Shown here: positions 55,796 to 64,000 of the stretch, in pieces | How positions within the stretch are numbered: position 1 is the first letter of the stretch | Layout of the letters: every line of letters starts with the position of its first letter | Origin: Hydrurus foetidus | Taxonomy: Eukaryota | Assembly (NCBI GenBank): GCA_900617105.1 | Contig: UYFQ01000839.1 | Span: 1-64,000, forward strand | DNA: 64,000 nucleotides | Reading direction: 5' to 3' | Translations under genes and position numbers: made by a program | Notes under the pieces: model-generated | What the model saw: the letters and a program-made list of their open reading frames with translations, nothing else | Databases searched by the model: none | What the model was told of the DNA's origin: nothing

Positions 55796-57442
55796 ATGTC
55801 GTTTCGGGCTACGGACCGTAAGATCTGGGACACGACCGCCACGCTGGAAGTTGCCGCCGGCCGATGCGGCCCTGTGGATCTGGAGCCTGAAGCCGACCGC
55901 TGCAGGTCAATGGCGCCGCCGGGCCTGGGCCTGGTCCGCTGGCCCGAATGCTCTTCCTCCGCCTTTCCGCGCCCTGGCCCTGCCGCAGGACCGCGCCCAG
56001 GCCGAGGAATGCTGAAGTCCGCGAGCCCGGCTCGGAAGTCGCCGCGCGCTGCATGCGCGGCTTCGAGACCTGCATCTGGCGGGGCGTGGCTGGAGGAAGG
56101 CGTCCGCCGGCGTCGTCGCTCCCGAGGTGAAATTCGCCGCGTCCGAGCGCTGCGACCTGACCGGCCTGCTGGACCGCAAGAGCTTCATCGCCCGCGCCCG
56201 CGAGCGTCTGCGCCTTGAAGGCGTGCATGAGCTGGTGGTCGCCGATGTCGATCGCCTGCGCCGCCTGAACGAGGCCCTGGGCCACGAACGCGCCGACCTG
56301 GTTCTGGCCGCCCTGGGCTCGCGCCTGGCGGCCGCCTTCCCGACCGGCTCGATCCTGGGCCGGATCGGCGAGGACGAGTTCGCCGTGCTGTGCGAGCCCC
56401 GGGGCTTTGAGCCGGCCGAGCTGCTGCGCAACGCCCTGGAACAGCCGCTGCGGATCGCGGGCTTCGATATCCACCCCACCCTGTCGATCGGGGCCGTGAA
56501 CGCCGAGGGCGGCGAAGATGCGCCCGAGGCGACCGAACTGCTGCGTCGCGCCGAACTGGCCGTCGAGGCCGCATCCTCGGCCGGTCGCGGCGGCGCCGCC
56601 GCCTATGGCCGCTCGATGGAGACCGACGGCCTGTCGCGCCTGGCCCTGGAGGCCGACCTGCGGAACGCCATCGTGCGCGGAGAGATCACCCTTATTTCCA
56701 GCCCGTCGTGCGCCTGTCGACCGGCGCCTTGTCGGGCTTCGAGGCCCTGGCCCGGTGGCTGCACCCGCGCCGCGGCATGCTGCCGCCCGACGAATTCCTC
56801 CCGCTGATCGAGGAACTGGGCCTGATGAGCGAGCTGGGCGAGCACATGATGCGCACCGCCGGCGCGCAGCTGGCCGCCTGGCGTCGCAGCCATCCGGCCG
56901 TGGGCGCCCTGACCGTCAGCGTCAATCTGTCGACCGGCGAGATCGACCGTCCGGGCCTGGTCGACGACGTGGCCGAGGTGCTGCGGGTCAACAACCTGCC
57001 GCGCGGCGCCCTGAAGCTGGAAGTCACCGAAAGCGACATCATGCGCGACCCCGAGCGGGCCGCCGTGATCCTGCGCACCCTGCGCGACGCCGGGGCCGGC
57101 CTGGCCCTGGACGACTTCGGCACCGGCTTCTCGTCGCTGCAGTATCTGACGCGCCTGCCCTTCGACACCCTGAAGGTCGACCGCTATTTCGTCCGCACCA
57201 TGGGCAGCAATCCCGGCTCGGCCAAGATCGTCCGCTCGGTGGTCAAGCTGGGTCAGGACCTGGATCTGGAAGTCGTCGCCGAAGGCGTCGAAAACGCCGA
57301 AATGGCCGCCGCCCTGCAGGCCCTGGGCTGCGACTATGGCCAGGGCTTCGGCTACGCGCCGGCCCTGTCGCCGCAGGAGGCCGAGGTTTACCTCAACGAG
57401 GCCTATGTGGATGGCGCTGCGCCGGTGAAGGCCAGAGGCTGA
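55796..57442 (+). CDS. pdeA: c-di-GMP phosphodiesterase PdeA (PAS-GGDEF[GEDEF]-EAL), frameshifted
   Basis: CDLTGLLDR, RIGEDEF, EALARW, LEVTES, DDFGTGFSSL, KVDRYF, EGVE, QGF and a C-terminal KARG. Located after the cox-thrC-M16-rimJ cluster. Confidence 0.88.
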
Positions 57443-57557
57443 AGTCCTCCCCCTAGCGGGGGAGGTGTCGCGAAGCGACCGAGGGGGAAGTCCCTTCTGT
57501 TCATGGCATCCCCTCACCGTCGGCTGCGCCGACCCCTCTCCCACAGGGAGAGGACTT
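57442..57557. repeat. Family-B palindromic repeat
   Basis: AAGTCCTCCCCC-TAGC-GGGGGAGG...CCTCTCCC-ACA-GGGAGAGGACTT, between convergent genes. Confidence 0.82.
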
Positions 57558-58140
57558 TTAAGCCCGCCCCGCCTGCGTTGACAGGTGATCGGCCGAGATC
57601 CCCAGCTTGGCCAGGGCCCGCGTCCACTTGTGCTCGTGGTCGTCGTCGAACAGCAGCTCCTCGTCGGCGTCGCAGACCAGCCAGATGTTGTCGCGCACCT
57701 CCTGCTCCAGCTGGCCCGGACCCCAGCCGGCATAGCCCAGGGCCAGGATCGCCCGGCGGGATGGTGGATGGGCTGCCCATGGCGTCCAGTACGTCGCGGG
57801 TGGCGGTCAGGGCCAGGCCGTCGTGCAGGGCCAGGGTCGAGTCGGGCGAGTTGAAATCGTCGGTGTGCAGCACGAAGCCGCGCTCCAGCTCGACCGGACC
57901 GCCCAGCAGCACCAGGGTGTTCTGGGTCTTGATCTCGGAGCGCACGCCCAGCTTGTCGAGCAGCTCGAACACGGTCAGGCCCTCGACCGGGCGGTTGACC
58001 GTGATGGCCATGGCCTGGTCTTCGTCGTGGGCGCACATGTAGAGGACGGCGCGTTCGAAGCGTTCGTCCTCGATGCCCGGCATGGCCACCAGCAGGCGCC
58101 CGGCCAGGAAGTCCGCCTCGTCATGCGTGTCGCGGTTCAT
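57558..58140 (-). CDS. YqgE/AlgH (UPF0301) family protein (frameshift near 57750)
   Basis: [47 protein letters not shown]...N.WL. Confidence 0.93.
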
Positions 58141-58251
58141 GGATACAGGATCGGGATAGAACGCGACGGTTTCAAGTCGAACCTTGGGGTTGGCGCGTTG
58201 TCGTCGGACCTATATTCGATTTCCGCACTCTCAAAGGACAGGATCAAGCCC

Positions 58252-58732
58252 ATGACGATCAAGGTTGGCGATACGCTCCCGCGGCGACTTTCGCGACCAG
58301 CACGGCCGAAGGCCCTGCGCCGGTCACCACTGACGACCTGTTCAAGGGCAAGACCGTCGCCCTGTTCGCCGTTCCCGGCGCCTTCACCCCACCTGTTCGG
58401 CCAAGCACCTGCCGGGCTTCAAGGACCACGCCGCCGAGTTCAAGGCCAAGGGCGTCGACACGATCGCCTGCGTCTCGGTCAACGACCTGTTCGTGATGAA
58501 GGCCTGGGGCAGGGACCAGGGCATCACCGACGAAGTGATGCTGCTGGCCGACGGCAACGGCGACTTCACCCGCGCCGTGGGCCTGGACTTCGACGGCTCC
58601 AAGTTCGGCATGGGCTCGCGCTCGCAGCGCTATTCGCTGATCGCCAAGGACGGCGTCGTGACCTCGCTGAACGTCGAAGAGGGCGGTGAGTTCAAGGTCT
58701 CGTCGGCGGACTACATGCTGGCGCAGCTGTAG
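58252..58732 (+). CDS. Peroxiredoxin, Prx5 subfamily (frameshifted)
   Basis: MTIKVGDTLP, FAVPGAFTP(T)CS.KHLPGF, CVSVND.FVM.AW, LADGNGDF, RSQRYS. Confidence 0.93.
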
Positions 58733-58751
58733 GACTCGAAGATCAAACCTT

Positions 58752-58843
58752 GTCATCCGGGCGGCGTAGCCGACCCGGGACAGGAGCCGGCGCATCGCGG
58801 TTGCCCCTGGGTCAGCTCTCCGCTTCGCTACGGCCGGGATGAC
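58752..58843. repeat. Family-A palindromic repeat (degenerate)
   Basis: GTCATCCGGGCGGCGTAGC...GCTACGGCCGGGATGAC, between convergent genes. Confidence 0.7.
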
Positions 58844-58883
58844 GCCGCAAAGAAGGCGTGGAGCAGTCCACCGCCTTTCCATA

Positions 58884-60658
58884 TCAAGCCCCAGCATCTC
58901 CGGCGTCGTCACCTCGAAATCCGCCGCGCCGATCATCACCCCGCGACCTGCCCGGAACCTGGGCCAGCACCGCCTCGGCATAGATCCGCGCCAGGGCCAG
59001 CCGGGTCGAGAGCCAGCCGGCGTCGCCGCCGCCAGCCGCGATGGCCGTCGAGGCCGCCAGGGCGCCCTTGGCCAGCATCCAGCCGCCGACCACATCGCCC
59101 AGCAGTTTCAGATAGGCCGTGGCGCCCGACAGCGCGTCGGGCATGGCCCGCGCGCGGCGCTCGATCAACCAGGCCGTCGCGGCGCTGGCGGCGTCCAGGG
59201 CGGTCTCCAGTCTTCTGGCCATCGTGCCCAAGGCCGGATCGGCGGCCGCGTTCAGGGCGTCGATCGTGTCGCGGATGTCGTCCATCAGGTCGCCGATCGC
59301 TTGGCCTTCGCCGAGGCTCAGCTTGCGGCCGACCAGGTCGATGGCCTGGATGCCGTTGGTCCCCTCATAGATCGGGGCGATGCGGGCGTCGCGATAGTGC
59401 TGGGCCGCGCCGGTCTCCTCGACGAAGCCCATGCCGCCGTGGATCTGCACGCCCTGCGAGGCGACCTCGACGCCCATGTCGGTCGACCAGGCCTTGGCGA
59501 TCGGGGTCAGCAGCTCCTCGCGCAGCTTGGCGGCGACGCGCTGGTCCTCGGTGGCGCCATGGGTGGCCAGGTCGGCGGCGACGCCGGTCGACAGGCAGAT
59601 GCCCCGCGCCGCTTCGATCCGGGCCTTCATCAGCATCAGGGTGCGGCGCACGTCGGGGTGGTCGAACAGGCGGGCCGCGTTTTCGCCGGTCCAGGCCGAG
59701 CGGCCCTGGCGGCGCTCCAGCGAGAAAGCCAGGGCCTGCTGATAGGCGCGCTCGGCGATGGCGACGCCCTGGGCGCCGACCTGCAGGCGGGCGGCGTTCA
59801 TCATCGTGAACATGTGGGCCAGGCCCTTGCCCAGCTCGCCGACCAGCTCGGCCTTGGCGCCCTCGAACAGCATCACGCAGGTGGGCGAGCCGTGGATGCC
59901 CAGCTTGTGCTCCAGTCCGCCGGCCCGCACGGCGTTGGCCGCGCCCAGGCTTCCGTCCTCGCCGACCAGCACCTTGGGCGCCAGGAACAGCGAGATGCCC
60001 TTCACGCCGGCCGGCGCGTCCGGCGTGCGGGCCAGCATCAGGTGGACGATATTGTCGGCGACGTCGTGGTCGCCCCAGGTGATGTAGATCTTCTGGCCCG
60101 ACAGGGTGTAGCCGCCGTCGCCATCCGGCGTGGCCATCGTGGTGATCGCCGCCAGGTCCGAGCCGGCCTGCGGCTCGGTCAGGTTCATGGTGCCGGTCCA
60201 TTCGCCCGAGACCAGACGCGGCAGATACAGGCTCTTCTGGCGGTCCGAGCCGTGCGAGCCAGGGCCTCGATGGCTCCAGGTCAGCATGGGACACAGGCCA
60301 AAGGCCATGTTGGCGGCCTGGAACATCTCGAAGACCCCGACCTCCAGGCTCTTGGGCAGGCCCGGCCGCCATGGTCAGGATCGGCCGCCAGGCCGTTCCA
60401 GCCGCCTTCCGCGAACTGCCGATAGGCCTCGGCAAAGCCCGGCGCGGCGCGGACCGCGCCGTTCTCCAGTTTCGCGCCGACCAGATCGCCCTGGCGGTTC
60501 AGCGGGGCCAGGATGTCGCCGGCCAGGGCCCCGGCCCCTTCCAGCACGGCCTGGACCGTGTCGGCGTCGGCGTCGGGAAAGGCGTCGGAAAGGCGATCAA
60601 AGCCGGCCGCGTGCCGCAGCGAAAAAGCGATGTCACGGACAGGGGCGCGGTAGGTCAT
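58884..60658 (-). CDS. Acyl-CoA dehydrogenase (frameshifts near 60270-60360)
   Basis: MTYRAPVRD, WTGTMNLTEPQAGSDL, GQKIYITWGDHD, EHKLGIHGSPTC, MMNAARL, QIHGGMGF, IYEGTNGIQA. Confidence 0.94.
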
Positions 60659-60840
60659 GAACGGCGAGGCTCCAGATTATCGGTGTTCTGTTTAGGCGCG
60701 AGCGGCGGCGGGGCCAAGCTGGCGCGACGTTCGTTCAGGAAGTCACGGCTTCGTGATGTTGCAGCCCTTTATCCTTGCGCCGGACTTCTTAAGTCGAGGC
60801 AATCGTAACTGCTGCAATCACAGTTTGGAGATTCCGACCT

Positions 60841-61473
60841 ATGGCCCGTCCCTTCGCCTACGCCGCGCTCGCCGCCGCGCTGATCACGGCGCCCGCCGCC
60901 CTGGCCGCGCCGGGTGTCAAATCGACCAGTCCCGCCGACCTGCCGGCCGGCAACTATGTGCTCGACAAGACCCACGCCGTGCTGACCGCCAAGCTCAGCC
61001 ACATGGGTTTCTCCAACTACACCCTGCGCTTCACCAAGCTGGACGCCAGCTTCACCTATGATCCCAAGACGCCGGACGCCGCCAAGATCAGCGTTACGGT
61101 CGACCCCGCCTCGATCGACACGGCCACGGGCGCCGACGCCTTCGGCCTGAAGTTCAACAAGGAACTGGCCGGCGACGGCTGGCTGGAAGCGGCCAAGTAT
61201 CCGACCATCACCTTCGTCTCGACCAAGGTCGATGTGGGCGACGGCAAGACCGGCAAGGTCACGGGCGACCTGACCTTCCATGGCGTGACCAAGCCGGTGG
61301 TTCTGGATGTCACCTTCAACGGCGTCGGCGGCAGCTTCATGCCCGGCAGCGTCAAGACCGGCTTCTCGGCCTCGACCACGATCAAGCGTTCGGAATTCGG
61401 CGTTTCCAAGTATGTTCCGCTGGTCGGCGACGACGTGACGCTGAACATCGAAGTCGAGTTCGACAAGAAGTAA
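60841..61473 (+). CDS. YceI family lipid/polyisoprenoid-binding protein
   Basis: Signal peptide, YVLDKTH, HMGFS, KYPTITFVS, GDLTFHGVTKPV, IKRSEFG. Confidence 0.94.
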   Translation: MARPFAYAALAAALITAPAALAAPGVKSTSPADLPAGNYVLDKTHAVLTAKLSHMGFSNYTLRFTKLDASFTYDPKTPDAAKISVTVDPASIDTATGADAFGLKFNKELAGDGWLEAAKYPTITFVSTKVDVGDGKTGKVTGDLTFHGVTKPVVLDVTFNGVGGSFMPGSVKTGFSASTTIKRSEFGVSKYVPLVGDDVTLNIEVEFDKK

Positions 61474-61513
61474 GCGCGCAAGACCGAAGACGAGACGAGA
61501 TCTGGAGAACCCG

Positions 61514-62789
61514 ATGGCCGCGACACGCACGCGCTACACGACGGTGGCGATCGTCATTCACTGGCTGATCGCCGCGGCCATCATCTTCCAGATCATCCTG
61601 GGCTGGAGGGCGGGGGACGGTCCCAAGGGACCGGAGACCTTCGCTCTCTTCCAGCTGCACAAGTCGATCGGGATCACCATCCTGCTGCTCAGCCTGTTCC
61701 GGCTGGCCTGGAAGCTGACCCACAAATCCCCCCCGCCGCCGGTGGGCCAACCCAACTGGGAGCGCATCGCTTCGCACGTGGTGCACTGGGGCTTCTATGG
61801 GATCATGATCGGCCTGCCGCTGACCGGCTGGATCCTGGTCTCGGCCAGCAAGACCAACATCCCGACCCTGCTGTTCGGGGTCGTTCCCTGGCCGCATCTG
61901 CCGCTGCTGCCCGACCTTGCGGACGGCGCCAAGCACGTCTGGCACGAGATCGGCGAGATCGGCCACGGCGTGCTGGTCAAGACCACCTATCTGCTGCTGC
62001 TGCTGCACCTGGGCGCGGTGGCCAAGCACCAGATTCTCGATCGCGACGCGGTGTTCAGCCACATGACGCCCGGCGCGGGGCCAGGCTGGAAAGAGCCGCG
62101 CGCCTGGCTGCCGCCGCCGGCCTCGCGGCGGTGATCGCCGTCGGCTATCTTTACACCCCGGCCGTCAAGCCGGTGGCCGCGCCGGCGGTCGCCGAGGAGC
62201 CTGTTGACGCCCCGGTCGCCCCGCCCGCAACGCCGGAGGCCGCGGCGACGCCGGTCGAGGCCGCCGCCGCGCCGGTCGCGGATCCGGCCCTGAAAGATCC
62301 TGTGGCCTGGACGGTGGCCAAGGGCGGCAAGCTCGGCTTCACCGCCACTTGGTCGGGCGACGCCCTGGAGGGCAGCTTCACCCGCTGGACCGCCGACATC
62401 CTGTTTTCACCGAGGCCCTGGACCGCTCAAGCTGACCGTCAGCATCGACACGGCCTCGGCCCAGACCGGCGACGCCCAGCGCGACGAGAGCCTGCCCAGC
62501 GGCGACTTCTTCGACAGCGCCAGCCACCCCAAGGCGACGTTCACGGCCAGCAAGTTCCGCAAGACCGGCGAGGGCCGCTATATCGCCGACGGGACCCTGG
62601 ACCTGCGCGGCGTCAAGAAGCCGCTCAGCCTGCCGTTCAGCCTGAAGATCGACGGCGACACAGCCACGGCGCGGTGTAACCACCCTCGACCGGACCGGTT
62701 CGGTCGGACAGGGCGAATGGGCGAGCACGGATCAGATCGCGGCCAAGGTGAAGGTCAGCTTCTCCCTGAAGGCGACGCGCAAGTCGTAG
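61514..62789 (+). CDS. Cytochrome b561 (YceJ-like)-YceI fusion protein (frameshifted)
   Basis: RYTTVAIVIHWLIA, QLHKSIGITIL, HWGFY, LHLGAVAKH, then an Ala/Pro linker and a YceI domain (GSFTRW, RDESL, GTLDLRGV, LDR). Confidence 0.85.
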
Positions 62790-62898
62790 AGGCCGCGCGC
62801 GCCCTGGCCGCCGGCCGGCTGGTGCTGCTGCCCACCGAGACCGTCTATGGCCTGGGCGCCGACGCGGCCAATCCGGCGGCCGTGGCGGCGATCTTCGA

Positions 62899-62933
<35 letters not shown>

Positions 62934-63691
62934 CCCATGTGGCCGATATCGAGACCGCCGCGCGGATCGCCGTCTTCGACGAACGGGCTCACGCCCGGCC
63001 AAGCCTTCTGGCCCGGCCCCCTGACCCTGGTCGCCCCGATCCGCGACGCTTCGGCGGTCTGCGATCTGGCCCGGGCCGGGCTCGACACCGTGGCCATCCG
63101 CGTGCCCGGCCATCCGCTGTCGCGCGCCGTGCTGGCGGCGTTTGGCGGACCCGTTGTGGCCCCTTCGGCCAACCGCTCGGGCCGGCCCAGCCCCACCACC
63201 TATGACGACGCCTTCGGCGAGACCGGCGGCGCCTGCGCCGTCACCCTGGATGGCGGGCCTTGCGCGGTCGGGCTGGAATCCACCGTCGTCGCCGTGCTGG
63301 ACGGCCCGCCCCGCCTGCTGCGTCCGGGCGCCGTGACCCGCGCCCAGCTGGAGGCCGTGGTCGGCCCCCTGGCGGAGGCCGAGGACGACGCCAAACGCTC
63401 GCCGGGCCGCCTGGCCCTGCACTATGCCCCCGACGCGCCGGTGCGCATCAATGCGGCGGCGCCCCAAGCCGGCGAGGCGTTCCTGGCCTTTGGTCCGTGG
63501 CCGGACGGGGAGGGGTGTTCAACCTCAGCCCGACCGGGTCGCTGAGCGAAGCCGCCGCCAACCTGTTCTCGTTCCTGCGCGCCGCTGATCGGACGAAACC
63601 GGTCGGCATCGCCGTGGCGGCCATTCCTCAGGAAGGCCTGGGCGAGGCGATCAATGACCGGCTTAGACGCGCGGCCGGGTTCGTGGGATAG
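62717..63691 (+). CDS. sua5: L-threonylcarbamoyladenylate synthase, Sua5 type (frameshifted, start uncertain)
   Basis: LPTETVYGLGADA, IFEAKGRPRFNPLIAHV, FWPGPLTLV, APSANRSG..SPT, GLESTV, SPG.LA.HYAP, AINDRLRRAA. Confidence 0.93.
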
Positions 63692-63697
63692 AGGCCG

Positions 63698-64000
63698 ATG
63701 AAATTCAAGATCATGTACCTCGAGGACAAGTCCAAGGGCCTGAACGGTCCCGCGCGCATCGGGCGGGTGGGGTCGTCCAAGACCGGCGAGACCCTCTACT
63801 ATGCCGGCCGCTCGTTCGAGGCCCTGCGCAATTCGGGCCTGAAGGCCAATTTCCGCGACATCGAGACCGGCCAGCCCTTCTGGATCGCCAAGGCCCGCAA
63901 GGACGGCGGCGACCGGCTCTACAAGGGCGCGGGCGATCCGGCCGTGATCGACGACGACGCGCGCGAGGAATACTGGGCCAAGATCCGGGGCCTTCCCGAT
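63698..64000 (+). CDS. Hypothetical protein, runs off the window end
   Basis: MKFKIMYLEDKSKGLNGPARIGRVGSSKTGETLYYAGRSF..KANFRDIETG..FWI...RKDGGDRLY, with GAGG ribosome-binding site and host-like codons. Confidence 0.8.
   Translation, partial: MKFKIMYLEDKSKGLNGPARIGRVGSSKTGETLYYAGRSFEALRNSGLKANFRDIETGQPFWIAKARKDGGDRLYKGAGDPAVIDDDAREEYWAKIRGLPD

Noticed and set aside
48500..56130. Pseudogenisation of ctaB, thrC, the M16 peptidase, the rimJ-like gene and the pdeA 5' end
   Set aside because: Catalytic motifs and codon bias are preserved, and the indel pattern is window-wide, so sequence error is more parsimonious.
63698..64000. Enzyme assignment for the last ORF (similar small proteins sometimes carry a DXP synthase label)
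   Set aside because: No thiamine-diphosphate-binding motif is visible in the ~100 residues available, so it is left as hypothetical.

Overview
High-GC alphaproteobacterial chromosome segment. Gene content (chvIG-hprK-manX-ptsH, flmA/flmB, spdR/spdS-like pair, pdeA, leaderless dnaX with a Gly tract, CIR-type repeats) points to Caulobacter or a close relative. Bases 1-2140 are the end of an integrative element (RhuM-family gene, DUF6538 tyrosine integrase, arm-type repeats) attached to the 3' end of tRNA-Arg(CCG). The rest is mostly core genome: PTS/ChvIG, flagellin glycosylation, RNA modification, RegAB-SCO-phaZ, asd, nrdB, amn, nudC, SRP RNA-dnaX-ybaB-recR, tldD, the aa3 cytochrome c oxidase cluster, thrC, pdeA, YceI genes and sua5. 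Dozens of conserved or essential genes are broken by small indels, most simply explained by an unpolished long-read assembly, so many coordinates are reconstructed across frameshifts and approximate. The best non-obvious signals are: (1) a 26-aa Thr/Ile/Met/Lys-rich leader peptide with alternative hairpins upstream of asd, a candidate attenuator sensing several aspartate-family amino acids; (2) an orphan YjhX/TopAI-family toxin behind a multi-hairpin leader; (3) two unannotated small membrane proteins; (4) a palindromic repeat that joins dnaX and ybaB in one open frame; (5) readable operators (PsrA-like, NrdR, FixK, PadR, CtrA-like); (6) three families of intergenic palindromic repeats. No CRISPR array or rRNA was seen.
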